A stretch of 37,283 bases of DNA from a virus. Lineage: Duplodnaviria > Caudoviricetes. Positions 17,744-27,439 of the stretch are shown piece by piece (within the stretch, counting starts at the first letter, position 1; each line of letters begins with the position of its first letter). Both the position numbers and the translations under genes were made by a program. Where the stretch lies: positions 1-37,283 of the IMG/VR virus record IMGVR_UViG_3300043036_000110, one strand, 5' to 3'. Below the pieces are notes generated by a model. The model made no database searches and was not told the origin of the DNA. It saw only the letters and a program-made list of their open reading frames with translations.

Positions 17744-18477
17744 TGCCACTCATACTTCTTGCAGGAGCAATCAAAGCAGTTGAAGCAATCCAGCAAGGGT
17801 GCGAGATGTATAAGGAATACAAAGGAACAGTTCTTAAAGCAAAGAAAACATTTGATGAAGTCAAAGGTATCGCTACTGAAGTAACAAACGTCAGTACAGG
17901 TATCTGGGGCTTTTTCAAATCAAAGTTCTTTGCTGATGAACCACCTCCTAAAGTAGTTGCTCCTAAAGCTGTAGAGGAAATTAAGAAAATAACTAAGCCT
18001 ACAAAAGAGTATGAAGAGTTTGATGAGCAGTCTGTTAAGAATGAACTCATTAAGAACCTCAAGATATTCTTTAAGGCTATGATCGCTATGAAAAAGAAGA
18101 TAGCAGAACAACAGGAGCGTATTGATAATACCGAAATAAATCCTGATGATCTACTCGATATATCTCTTGATCATGTAGTAGCTCTCAAAGAAATGGAAAA
18201 GCTACAAAAAGAAATTCGTGAGATAATGGTTTACCAGAGTCCTCCCGAGCTAGGCGCATTATACACAGACGTAGTTAATATGTTTGGTATTGTACAAGAA
18301 AAACAAGAAGCAACTCATCTTCGTAATATGAGAAAAAAGAAAGAGGCATACCAAAGAAAGCAGCGACTTATAAATAAGTTTCACAGTAGAATTTCTTGGG
18401 TAGTTGTCATGGCAGTAATTATTTTAGAAGTATGGGGGCTGTTATTAACAATTCATCTAGCGAAACCGCATATATAA
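17743..18477 (+). CDS. Hypothetical coiled-coil protein with a C-terminal TM helix
   Basis: TAATG overlap with the previous gene; terminal hydrophobic stretch. Confidence 0.75.
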   Translation: MPLILLAGAIKAVEAIQQGCEMYKEYKGTVLKAKKTFDEVKGIATEVTNVSTGIWGFFKSKFFADEPPPKVVAPKAVEEIKKITKPTKEYEEFDEQSVKNELIKNLKIFFKAMIAMKKKIAEQQERIDNTEINPDDLLDISLDHVVALKEMEKLQKEIREIMVYQSPPELGALYTDVVNMFGIVQEKQEATHLRNMRKKKEAYQRKQRLINKFHSRISWVVVMAVIILEVWGLLLTIHLAKPHI

Positions 18478-18578
18478 GCTTCCTCGTATTACTCACGCTA
18501 TTATTCTTTATTATATTACCCTTTGAGTTATACCTTTATATAATCGTTAAAGACGCAGTAGATGCGTGTAGGAGATAA
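18432..18578 (+). CDS. Small membrane protein (start uncertain)
   Basis: Strongly hydrophobic ORF filling the gap before 18581. Confidence 0.4.
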   Translation: MGAVINNSSSETAYISFLVLLTLLFFIILPFELYLYIIVKDAVDACRR

Positions 18579-18580
18579 TC

Positions 18581-18844
18581 ATGGACGAGATTATGAAAAA
18601 GAAGTGGACCTATTTAATGGGTCTTACTTACATGGCAATTAACATTGCTGACTTTATTATCTTCCCTATTATGTACACTATTGTACAGTTCTGGGAAGTA
18701 CAGGCAGCTAACGATGCCTTCCGTCAGTGGGTTCCATTGACACTAACTAATGGTGGCTTTGTGCATATTGCCTTTGCTGCTATCCTCGGTATCTCTGCAA
18801 TGAATAAGGCAGAGAAGAAAGAGGAAGATGTTAAGCCTGTTTAA
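18581..18844 (+). CDS. Holin candidate (2 TM, charged C-terminus)
   Basis: AGGAG SD; two TM segments; directly upstream of the spanin and endolysin genes. Confidence 0.6.
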   Translation: MDEIMKKKWTYLMGLTYMAINIADFIIFPIMYTIVQFWEVQAANDAFRQWVPLTLTNGGFVHIAFAAILGISAMNKAEKKEEDVKPV

Positions 18845-19235
18845 CCCTTCGGTTATTCTTGGTATTATTATTGCTATGGGTGCCTCATTTGGTTGGGGCC
18901 ACCATCAAGCATACGTTGAGCAACAAGCCGAGATAGGTAGACTCAACGCAGTAATGGTAGAAGAAGCTGCCCAGACTAACGCAAAGTATACTAAGGAAAA
19001 ACAAGATGCACAAATTAAAATCACTAAGCTTAGGGCTGATCTTGATGCTGGCACTCTCCGGTTGTCAATCCCCAGTTCCATATCAAATCCCGCCTCTGGA
19101 ACTACAGAAGCGAGAGCCGAACTTGACAGACAGACTAGTCAAGCTCTTATCACCATCACAACAGACGGAGACGAAGCAATAAGGGATTTGAATCTCTGTA
19201 TTGATCGTTATAATCAAGTAAGGAATGTTAAATGA
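18828..19235 (+). CDS. Rz: Inner-membrane spanin (Rz-like)
   Basis: N-terminal TM, coiled coil, LRLSI...ARAELD...DGDEAI..LNLC pattern; contains an embedded lipoprotein gene. Confidence 0.85.
   Translation: MLSLFNPSVILGIIIAMGASFGWGHHQAYVEQQAEIGRLNAVMVEEAAQTNAKYTKEKQDAQIKITKLRADLDAGTLRLSIPSSISNPASGTTEARAELDRQTSQALITITTDGDEAIRDLNLCIDRYNQVRNVK
19006..19182 (+). CDS. Rz1: Outer-membrane spanin lipoprotein (Rz1-like), embedded in the +1 frame of Rz
   Basis: Manual translation MHKLKSLSLGLILMLALSG-CQSPVPYQIPPLELQKREPNLTDRLVKLLSPSQQTETKQ; LSGC lipobox, Pro-rich region, AAGGA SD. Confidence 0.85.
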   Translation: MHKLKSLSLGLILMLALSGCQSPVPYQIPPLELQKREPNLTDRLVKLLSPSQQTETKQ

Positions 19236-19684
19236 ACCTCTCTGAACACTTCACCCTAGACGAAGCCACTCACTCTGACACGGCTATTCGTATGGGTATC
19301 CCTAACCAACCGTCTACTCTACAACTAGAGAACATGAAGATGGCTGCTCAAAAGCTAGAACAACTCCGTGCTGTTACTGGTCCACTAAACATTAACTCAT
19401 GGTTACGTTTACCTGATGTTAACGTAGCTGTAGGTGGCTCTAAGGTATCCTCACATATGGATGGTTGGGCTATTGACGTATCTAGCTCTAAGCTAACCCC
19501 TATCCAACTATGCCAAGAAGTAAAGAAAGCTGGCATTAAGTTTGACCAGATGATTCACGAGTTTGGTCGTTGGATGCACATCAGCTTTGCACCTGAAATG
19601 CGTCAACAAGAACTCACTATCTTCCGTCCAGAAAATAAATATAAATCAGGTATCCTCACAGAAGCAGAATACCACGCAGCTTAA
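19232..19684 (+). CDS. Endolysin, peptidase M15 family (Zn metallopeptidase)
   Basis: NLSEHFTLDE start; SWLR, SSHMDGWAID and WMHIS metal-binding motifs. Confidence 0.9.
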   Translation: MNLSEHFTLDEATHSDTAIRMGIPNQPSTLQLENMKMAAQKLEQLRAVTGPLNINSWLRLPDVNVAVGGSKVSSHMDGWAIDVSSSKLTPIQLCQEVKKAGIKFDQMIHEFGRWMHISFAPEMRQQELTIFRPENKYKSGILTEAEYHAA

Positions 19685-19693
19685 AGGAATATT

Positions 19694-20353
19694 ATGTCTG
19701 AATTTAAAGGCGTACAACTTAAAAGAAGTACTACAGCAGGAGCCGTTCCTGAAGCAGCACAGCTAGTTGAAGGCGAATTAGCTATTAACTTGTTGGACAA
19801 AAAAATATACAGTAAGAACGCTACAACTGTATTTGAATTAAAAGGTGCTGTTGATGACGGTACTATCACTACTGCTAAACTAGCATCTAGTGTTTTAACT
19901 GGGTTCCTTAACTCAGTTTACCCAGTTGGTTCTCAGTATGTTAACTATTCTAACGGGACTAACCCTGCAACACTACTAGGTATTGGTACTTGGGTAGCTG
20001 TCTCCGGTAGGGTCGTTGTTGGTCTTGACCCTGCTGATCCATTATTTGATACTGCAGGTGAAACAGGTGGTTCTAAGAATACACCTCTTGTATCTCACAG
20101 CCATACAGGTACTGCTACTAATACCTCACTAACAGGTGTGTTCCCCACATCTGCAGGTGCAAACTTGTATTCAGGTACCTTCACAAGAGGTTCAGGATAC
20201 GGTGGTAACGGTGGTGAACCTCAAACTAACTACCCAGTTAACTTTGATGGTAGTCACACTCATAATTTGTCAATTAGTACAGAAGGTACCTCTGGTACTG
20301 ACACTAATTTACAACCATACATTGTTGCTTACGTTTGGAAACGTACGGCGTAA
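19694..20353 (+). CDS. Short tail fibre / collar-type protein
   Basis: LKRSTT..AVP...L.EGELAINL N-terminus; YPVGS.Y...NPATLLG.GTW...GRVVVG; HSH/HTH motifs; NLQPYIVAYVWKRTA end. Confidence 0.75.
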   Translation: MSEFKGVQLKRSTTAGAVPEAAQLVEGELAINLLDKKIYSKNATTVFELKGAVDDGTITTAKLASSVLTGFLNSVYPVGSQYVNYSNGTNPATLLGIGTWVAVSGRVVVGLDPADPLFDTAGETGGSKNTPLVSHSHTGTATNTSLTGVFPTSAGANLYSGTFTRGSGYGGNGGEPQTNYPVNFDGSHTHNLSISTEGTSGTDTNLQPYIVAYVWKRTA

Positions 20354-20371
20354 TCGGTACCTAATAGGAAA
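20351..20371 (+). promoter_or_regulatory. Candidate phage-specific late promoter, copy 2 (TAATCGGTACCTAATAGGAAA)
   Basis: 18/21 match to 2401..2421; also supplies the phoH SD. Confidence 0.45.
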
Positions 20372-20376
20372 CAATC

Positions 20377-21060
20377 TTGAAAAGAAACCAACGTAACAAG
20401 GCAAAAGAGCTTCAGGCAAATCCTCGCTCTTTCCACATCCAACCTAAGACACACAACCAAGGATTATTGTTAGACGCTATTGAGTATTTCCCTATCACAG
20501 TCACTTTAGGTGCGGCTGGTGTAGGCAAGACTTATTGTGCAGCCTCAAAGGTAGCGCAATTATTTCAGTCGGGTACATATGATCATATTATTCTTACACG
20601 GAGTAATGTCCCTACAGGACGGTCATTAGGTTTCTTCCCCGGCGACATCAAAGAGAAATTAGCCCCTTGGCTACTCCCTATGATTACGGTATTACAAAAA
20701 CAGTTAACACAAACCAAATACGAATACTTACTTGCTAAGGATACCATTCAATACCAACCTATCGAAACTATTAGAGGTCGTTCATTTGAGAACTCTCTTA
20801 TTCTTGTTGATGAAGTACAAAATATTACTATTGAAGAATTAAAAGCTATTACTACTCGCTTAGGTGAGAATAGCAAAATGATTCTTATGGGTGATGCTTC
20901 TCAATCAGATATTAATAATGGTAACGATATTCTAAGATTTTGCGCTATGTGCGAACGTGCAGGTATTGAAATCCCTATTGTAAGGTTTACAGTAGATGAT
21001 ATTGTAAGATCAGATATTGTAGGTGAACTGGTTAAGATGTTTATTAAAGAAAAGATTTAA
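20377..21060 (+). CDS. phoH: PhoH-family ATPase
   Basis: GAAGVGKT P-loop, LGFFPG, RGRSF, DEVQN, TRLGENSK, GD.SQSD, DIVRS. Confidence 0.95.
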   Translation: MKRNQRNKAKELQANPRSFHIQPKTHNQGLLLDAIEYFPITVTLGAAGVGKTYCAASKVAQLFQSGTYDHIILTRSNVPTGRSLGFFPGDIKEKLAPWLLPMITVLQKQLTQTKYEYLLAKDTIQYQPIETIRGRSFENSLILVDEVQNITIEELKAITTRLGENSKMILMGDASQSDINNGNDILRFCAMCERAGIEIPIVRFTVDDIVRSDIVGELVKMFIKEKI

Positions 21061-21069
21061 AGGAACAAT

Positions 21070-22782
21070 ATGCCAACAAAACAAATCTTAAACCTAGGTA
21101 CAGGTGGGGTATCTTATGATACACCTAAAGTACTTCTCCCTGAGAATGTATTCTCTGATGTACGTAATGTTAGGTTTAAGAACCAGTCAGTTGGTACTAT
21201 TACAGGTGAAGAGCTATACGCTAACGTTGTTAATCATCCTAACTACGGTATCTTTTGGAGACGCCCTGATGGTTACTTTAATGTGTTCATTAGAGATGAT
21301 TACAGCGTTATCGTTGATGCTACAGCTGCGCGAGATACTACACTAGGTTTAGTGTGGGATGTAGCTCGTATTGAGACTACAACTACTTGTGCTACAGCAC
21401 CTGCATGGGCTTGTGCCGAATTTACAGATATAGTAGCTGACAGCGTAATTAACACTTATTCAGAAGCTCAACTAGTACTCTCACAAGGTGTGATCGCTGA
21501 GAGTGGTGGTGGCGTAACTGATACCGCTTATTCGCTACGACAGTGGCAATCTACCACGTTCAACGGTGGCTATGCTTTAGTTATTAATGACGGTCAAAGA
21601 ACCCCTAAGTATATTAACTATACAACAGATGTAAGTTCTTTTGCCTTCTCTGATATTCCCGGATGGAATTATACTTCTGGAGTAACCATCTCAACTAAGG
21701 TTATTAAACCATTAGGTTATTCTTTAGTTGCCGCTAACTTAACCTTTGTAACTACATCTACAGGTGCTGTAACTTATGCACCATCTACTGTTAGAATTTC
21801 TACTCAAGCAGCTCCGGGTGGATTCCCTCAGATTTGGGAACCCGGATTAACAACTGATACTGCTGACGAGTTTGATTTAAATACTACATCACCCATCTTA
21901 GATATGGGCGAGCTGAGAGGCTCAATGTTTATTTATTCAGAAGACAGTATTAACATGCTGACTATTAATACGGGTATTACTCGTGTACAGCCTTATTCAA
22001 CTAGTTTTGGTATTTTAAATACTGATTGCTTTGTTGAATTTGAAGGTAATCATTTTGTTGTAGACAGAAATGATATCTATACGCATAATGGCTCTGGTAA
22101 TATTACTTCTATTGCTACTGACTTTGTAAGAGAATATTTATTTAATAACCTTAGCTATGCAAACCAAACAAAAGTATTTGTAAAGAAAGATAGTTACAAC
22201 AGAGAAATCTGGATTTGCTACCCTAAAGGTGAAAGCATTACTTGTAATGAAGCTCTTATTTATAATTACAAAAACAAAGTATGGACCGTAAGAGACTTAC
22301 CAAATATTACATATATGTTTAACTCATTAAGAGTAGAACCATTCTTAGAGATTCCTGAAAAGAATACTATGATTATGTTGACTGGTAATGAAATGATTAT
22401 GGATACGTCAAGCGAATACAATATGTATGATACTACAACAAATACATTTAAACCGTTTGAATCATATGTAACAAAAGAAAAGCTAAACACTGGTGATTTA
22501 TTTAATTCGATGCATATTACCTCTTTAACTCCTGTGTTTGATATGGTACCTGAAGGTAACGATATTAATATCAGAGTTACAGGTGAGAATACATTTAACA
22601 CCACTCCCGATTGGGATAACCCTCGTAACTTATTTGTGTTTAAACCAGATGACGCTCGTAGCCAAGGCTACAAAGTTGATCCTCGTGTAACAGGTAGATT
22701 ATTATCTTACGATATCCGTGCAGAAGGTCCGTGGAGATTATCTCTAATTGGTATTGATATTGCAGCTAAAGACAGGAGATAA
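21070..22782 (+). CDS. Tail nozzle / DNA stabilisation protein (P22 gp10 or T7 gp12 analogue)
   Basis: Size, beta-propeller-like composition, NVRF and EIWICYP...ALIYNY...W motifs; position before ejection genes. Confidence 0.7.
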   Translation: MPTKQILNLGTGGVSYDTPKVLLPENVFSDVRNVRFKNQSVGTITGEELYANVVNHPNYGIFWRRPDGYFNVFIRDDYSVIVDATAARDTTLGLVWDVARIETTTTCATAPAWACAEFTDIVADSVINTYSEAQLVLSQGVIAESGGGVTDTAYSLRQWQSTTFNGGYALVINDGQRTPKYINYTTDVSSFAFSDIPGWNYTSGVTISTKVIKPLGYSLVAANLTFVTTSTGAVTYAPSTVRISTQAAPGGFPQIWEPGLTTDTADEFDLNTTSPILDMGELRGSMFIYSEDSINMLTINTGITRVQPYSTSFGILNTDCFVEFEGNHFVVDRNDIYTHNGSGNITSIATDFVREYLFNNLSYANQTKVFVKKDSYNREIWICYPKGESITCNEALIYNYKNKVWTVRDLPNITYMFNSLRVEPFLEIPEKNTMIMLTGNEMIMDTSSEYNMYDTTTNTFKPFESYVTKEKLNTGDLFNSMHITSLTPVFDMVPEGNDINIRVTGENTFNTTPDWDNPRNLFVFKPDDARSQGYKVDPRVTGRLLSYDIRAEGPWRLSLIGIDIAAKDRR

Positions 22783-22784
22783 GT

Positions 22785-22973
22785 ATGAACCTTAATGGAC
22801 CAATTACTGGCGATGCTGAACTAGACTCTTATTTATTCCATATTAAGAGGGCTATTGAAGATATTATTTATGTAATAGATTTACAAAATAAGAGTGGTTA
22901 TACAGGTACTTTTATTGCAGACGGTCAAACTGTTACTGTCGATAAAGGTATTATTACAGGAGTTACTCCATGA
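22785..22973 (+). CDS. Small virion protein (62 aa)
   Basis: AGGAG SD; VTVDKGIITGV fibre/needle-like ending. Confidence 0.65.
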   Translation: MNLNGPITGDAELDSYLFHIKRAIEDIIYVIDLQNKSGYTGTFIADGQTVTVDKGIITGVTP

Positions 22974-23383
22974 AGATCACTATATTATCTCACGCTGAAA
23001 TATTAGCTCACTGGAATACCTTATCAGTTCTTTTAAATAAAGCTATTGATCAGAATTGTGGTGAAGCAAAGCTAGAAGACTACCTAAGAAAAGTTCTTAA
23101 TGATGAAGCTCAGCTATGGGCTATCTTTGATAATGATATTATCACTGGTGCAGGTGTCACTGAGGTGCTTACTTATTCAAAACAAAAAGTGTTCCATATC
23201 TTCCTCTTTGCAGGAATTGACTTTGAACTACAGTCACAAGTGTTCCCTATTGTAGAAGCCTTCGCTAAAGATTGCGGATGTGTTGCTATTGAACAATGGG
23301 GTAGGAAAGGTTGGGCTAAGACCCTTCCTAAGTATGTTCCCGGATTTAGGGAAGTCTATACAGTAATGAGGAAAGAATTATGA
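22970..23383 (+). CDS. GNAT-like virion assembly protein (T7 gp13 / P22 gp14 position)
   Basis: EAFAKDCGC..IE.WGRKGW pattern; lies between nozzle and ejection proteins. Confidence 0.6.
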   Translation: MKITILSHAEILAHWNTLSVLLNKAIDQNCGEAKLEDYLRKVLNDEAQLWAIFDNDIITGAGVTEVLTYSKQKVFHIFLFAGIDFELQSQVFPIVEAFAKDCGCVAIEQWGRKGWAKTLPKYVPGFREVYTVMRKEL

Positions 23384-24081
23384 AATACAATATCAAAGGT
23401 AAACTAACAAAACACCGTACAGGTGGTGGTGGAGCCACTACTGTTGACTCAATCCCTGCATGGGCTGCTCCTTATGTATCTAAGGCTATGGCCACTACTG
23501 AAGGTCAATACGAAGCTGGTAATCTAGACAACGTAGCAGGTACCTCTGAACTCCAGAACCAAGCGTTCACTACAGGCGCTCAAGGTGTTAACCAAGCTAC
23601 TACTACTGGTTTAACTGCTCTTCAACAGCAGCAACAACGATTAAATTCACTTGCCGATACACCTAACGCAACTCAACTAGAAGCTCAAAAGAATGCAGTA
23701 GTACTAGACGCTCAGAAACGAGTAGCAGGTATGGATACTCAATTTGGTCAGGCAGGTACATTAGGTTCTGCTCGTCAGGCCGTTATGCAAGGTGCTCAGA
23801 ACGCAGACACTACAGCTAAGTTAGCCCAAGTAGATGCTGACTATTCTAACAAGATGTTCCAGAACAGACTAGCTGCAGAACAAGCCCTAGGTACTTCTGT
23901 AACTACAGGTTCACAAGTTGCTACTACAGGTGCCTCTAGCCTAGCTAATTTAGGTACACAGCAAAGAGCTATTGACCAGTCTCAGCTTGATGCTGATTGG
24001 CAAGGTCTACAGCGTTATGCTTCTACTATCTATGGTACTCCTGCTAAACAATCTGCTGTAACGAACGGTAAAGGACTCTAA
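23380..24081 (+). CDS. Internal virion / DNA ejection protein
   Basis: Q/A/T/G-rich; basic leader followed by GGGG; GTLGSARQAV motif. Confidence 0.7.
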   Translation: MKYNIKGKLTKHRTGGGGATTVDSIPAWAAPYVSKAMATTEGQYEAGNLDNVAGTSELQNQAFTTGAQGVNQATTTGLTALQQQQQRLNSLADTPNATQLEAQKNAVVLDAQKRVAGMDTQFGQAGTLGSARQAVMQGAQNADTTAKLAQVDADYSNKMFQNRLAAEQALGTSVTTGSQVATTGASSLANLGTQQRAIDQSQLDADWQGLQRYASTIYGTPAKQSAVTNGKGL

Positions 24082-24083
24082 TC

Positions 24084-24794
24084 ATGGCTGATTACCAAGA
24101 CCCTTGGGCATGGATGCAAGGAGAACAAGTACCTAAAACGTCAAATACTTTGCCTCCAGTACCCCAAACACAGGCACCCGCAAACATGAATGGGCCAGCA
24201 GCAGGACCAGTGACTACAGCCGTTCAAAACAAGGCTATTGAAAAGGGTTTGTCTGAAGCAAATAAAGCTTTGTTTGGTAAACCTACTCCACCTCCAAACC
24301 CCTCTGCAGTGCCTGTTGATGAAGCAGTTCCTATCCCTACAGCAGGTCCAGCCACACCCGTAGCATCACCTGTGCAAGGGCCAGCTACAGGCACAGAGGC
24401 TTTACAAGCAAAACCTTTAGGTCCACTAGCTGAGCCTACTGCGCCAGCGTCTGCACCTACGGCACCTACTACACCTACTACACCTACGGCACCGCTATCT
24501 GCACCTGTAGAACCTGCTACTACCACTGCTGCTGCTGAAGGTGCTGAAATTGCAGGGTCAGCTAAAGCAGCTACAGATACCGTTACAGCCGCTAAGGGTA
24601 CCACAGACGCTATCACAGCCGCTAAAGCTACCTCAGACGCAGTTGCGCTTGCTGAAGCTACGGAGGCTTCGGGATTAGCAATACAAACGGCAGGGCTAAC
24701 TGCCGCTCAAATTGAAGCATTGTTATTACAACAAGCTGCTCAGGCGGCGGCGGCACAACAAGCTGCAGCATACACAGCTATAGTACTTGCTTAA
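24084..24794 (+). CDS. Pro/Ala/Thr-rich internal virion protein
   Basis: Low-complexity sequence; in the ejection gene block. Confidence 0.65.
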   Translation: MADYQDPWAWMQGEQVPKTSNTLPPVPQTQAPANMNGPAAGPVTTAVQNKAIEKGLSEANKALFGKPTPPPNPSAVPVDEAVPIPTAGPATPVASPVQGPATGTEALQAKPLGPLAEPTAPASAPTAPTTPTTPTAPLSAPVEPATTTAAAEGAEIAGSAKAATDTVTAAKGTTDAITAAKATSDAVALAEATEASGLAIQTAGLTAAQIEALLLQQAAQAAAAQQAAAYTAIVLA

Positions 24795-24804
24795 GGAGAA
24801 ACAT

Positions 24805-27423
24805 ATGGGGCCATTATCAGGCAAACAACAAAGAGAGTGGGCTAAACACCACGCTAAAGAGGCTCGTGAATCCGCTAAGATGGAGTCCGAAGAGAGCCGC
24901 AAACAACAATTACATGAGATCAAACTCCAAGAAACTGCTGCTAAAGCTAACCAAGGTATTGGTCATAAAGAAGAACTACACGGTTTAAAGGTTAACGAAT
25001 TAGGTGGTCCATTAGGAAAGTCTAAGCGTATCAATCGTCAAAAGATTGGCTTACCTTCACAGAACCCTTTAGCTGGTACTGAAGTATTTGGTCAGGGTCA
25101 ACGTATGCTACCTAAGGGTACTGATACTGTCCCTGCTATGCTTACTCCCGGTGAAGCCGTTATCCCTCGTGCTGCTGCTCAAGACCCTAAAAATAAACCA
25201 TTGATTAAACAAATGGTTCAAGAAGGTCGTAAGTATGCTAAAGGCACTACAGGTGTAGTTCAACAAGAGAACATGTTACCTATTATTCCTAAAGTAATGC
25301 CTAAGCGTAATCCAAAGGGTTATGCAGATGGTACTACAGCTGTACCTAACACAACTAACTATTACCACACAGATAGCGCTGCTAGTATGTCTAATGGTAC
25401 TACTAATGTGCAGTACTATGATGACGGTATTGAGAATGTAACCCAAGGTATTGCACCTTATGGGTTTAGATATCAAAACGATGACCCTACTGTAGCACCT
25501 ATTGATTATTCACTCCCAATGCCTAAGGGTAATGGTTACATGGGTAACGTTGGTTCTGCTGAGGTACCTGCTACTGAATATACTTTAGACGATAACAAGG
25601 GTCAATACCCTAGTGTTGTGCCTACATTAAGTCGTGATGAAGTTGCTACAGTGGCTGCTGGAAATATGACACCTGAGATTGTTAACAAGGCTGCATTGTA
25701 TCGTGATACCCGTGAAGCTAACGGTCAGTCACCCTTTGCAGATCGTATTGGTTTGAAAGTGCCAGTAGGTGCTGCTGATGACTTGTATAAACAAGGTCAA
25801 CCACCTCCTGTATCTGTTACTGAGTTATCTGCTAAACCTGCAACCCCAGTAGCACAAGCTGCTGTTCCTGCTATGCAAGATGACCAATACAATCCTGACG
25901 TTAAACAAGGTGCAATTCCTCTTAAAGACGACCAATACAACCCTGATGTTAAACAAGCTGTATCAGTACCATTCCCTGTGGATGATCAATACAATGCAGA
26001 TGTTAAACAGTGGGCTAAAGGCGGCGCTCCTACTCGTAGTATTACACCTGAAGCGTTAAAATCTGATGAAGACAACGCTGAGTTAGCAAGGCAATTAGCT
26101 GCAGATAAAGCGTTTAACAATAAGATTGACGCAGCACTTGCAAAGAATGATAAATCACTTGTTACTAAAATTATTGAAGACGCATATGGAGACTCTGGTA
26201 TTTTTAACCGTAAAGACTTAGTACGATTTGCTTTAACAGCAGGTGGTAGTATGGCTCTTGGGTATAATCCAACTCAAGCCTTAAGATATGCAGGTCGTGA
26301 TGTGTTAGCTCACGCTGACAAACGTAATGCTCAACAAGAAGCGTTTAAGCAACAAGAAGCCAGAGATATTCGCTCAGAGAAACGTACCATTGCAGCAGAA
26401 GACCGCCGCTATGAACGTGAGATTAAACGTTTAGACTTGAAAGACCTTGCTGCTGGTAAGAAACAAGCACAAGCTGAGTTAGAGAAAGATCAAGATCAAT
26501 TCTTAACATTTGCTAAAGGAGATGTACCACCAAGCGTTCGTGCAGAGGCTGTTAAGATAGCACATGCAAAGCTGAAAGATGGAACGCAAGAAGAACAGAT
26601 TGCTGAACAACGGGCAAACTTCCGTAGAGCCTCTGAACTATTAGCTGTTAACCACATTCATCGTGACCCTAATGCTTCTGCTTTCTTACCTAAGTGGGAA
26701 ACGTTCTTTGATAAAGAAGGACGACCTATTGTTGGCCATCGTGACAGAACTTCTGGTCATATTAGAACTACTAATGGTGACGTATTTGAAGCTAATAGTA
26801 TGTGGAGCAAAGATGTGTATGATCAACAGTATGAGAAGACTGTTAAGAACATCAAGGCTATCTTACCAGAGGTACAACCTCATGCTAAGGATAAGGCAAC
26901 TAACAAGCTTACTGCTGCAGACAAAGTTAACACTGGTGAGATTGCTCACGTAGTAACTCTTGCTGCTATGGATACTGTTGGACCTGGTCGATTAAGCCCT
27001 GCTCAATTCTCTGAGGCTAGTACTGGTGTTATCCAGAAACTACAAAGAGATAATGCAGAGATTACTAAAGACTCATTTGATCGTGCTTACCGTACTGAGA
27101 AAGTATTAACGTTACATCCAACTGATCGTAACAAGTTTAATGCTTCAAAAGAGGATGGTAAGTTTGAGCTACCAAGCTCTAAAGCTGCTATGGACTTTGG
27201 TAATGCACTGAAGACAATTAGTGGTGGGCAACGCTCAGACAGTGATGCTTTTAACTCTGTTAAAAAGTCATGGGAAAAGCTTTCACTTAAACAACAACAA
27301 GAAATTTCTAATCTATCTACAAAAGGGTATTCACCTATGATGGAGTTTGGCATTTACATGTCAGATCCTAAGGCTGAAACACCTATGAATAAGAAATTAA
27401 AACGTATTGTTCCAATTGAATAA
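24805..27423 (+). CDS. Internal virion / ejection protein (about 872 aa)
   Basis: ATG at 24805 behind AAGGAG; GTDTVPAMLTPGEAVI motif; internal repeats. Confidence 0.7.
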   Translation: MGPLSGKQQREWAKHHAKEARESAKMESEESRKQQLHEIKLQETAAKANQGIGHKEELHGLKVNELGGPLGKSKRINRQKIGLPSQNPLAGTEVFGQGQRMLPKGTDTVPAMLTPGEAVIPRAAAQDPKNKPLIKQMVQEGRKYAKGTTGVVQQENMLPIIPKVMPKRNPKGYADGTTAVPNTTNYYHTDSAASMSNGTTNVQYYDDGIENVTQGIAPYGFRYQNDDPTVAPIDYSLPMPKGNGYMGNVGSAEVPATEYTLDDNKGQYPSVVPTLSRDEVATVAAGNMTPEIVNKAALYRDTREANGQSPFADRIGLKVPVGAADDLYKQGQPPPVSVTELSAKPATPVAQAAVPAMQDDQYNPDVKQGAIPLKDDQYNPDVKQAVSVPFPVDDQYNADVKQWAKGGAPTRSITPEALKSDEDNAELARQLAADKAFNNKIDAALAKNDKSLVTKIIEDAYGDSGIFNRKDLVRFALTAGGSMALGYNPTQALRYAGRDVLAHADKRNAQQEAFKQQEARDIRSEKRTIAAEDRRYEREIKRLDLKDLAAGKKQAQAELEKDQDQFLTFAKGDVPPSVRAEAVKIAHAKLKDGTQEEQIAEQRANFRRASELLAVNHIHRDPNASAFLPKWETFFDKEGRPIVGHRDRTSGHIRTTNGDVFEANSMWSKDVYDQQYEKTVKNIKAILPEVQPHAKDKATNKLTAADKVNTGEIAHVVTLAAMDTVGPGRLSPAQFSEASTGVIQKLQRDNAEITKDSFDRAYRTEKVLTLHPTDRNKFNASKEDGKFELPSSKAAMDFGNALKTISGGQRSDSDAFNSVKKSWEKLSLKQQQEISNLSTKGYSPMMEFGIYMSDPKAETPMNKKLKRIVPIE

Positions 27424-27439
27424 CTGATGGAGGGGATTA

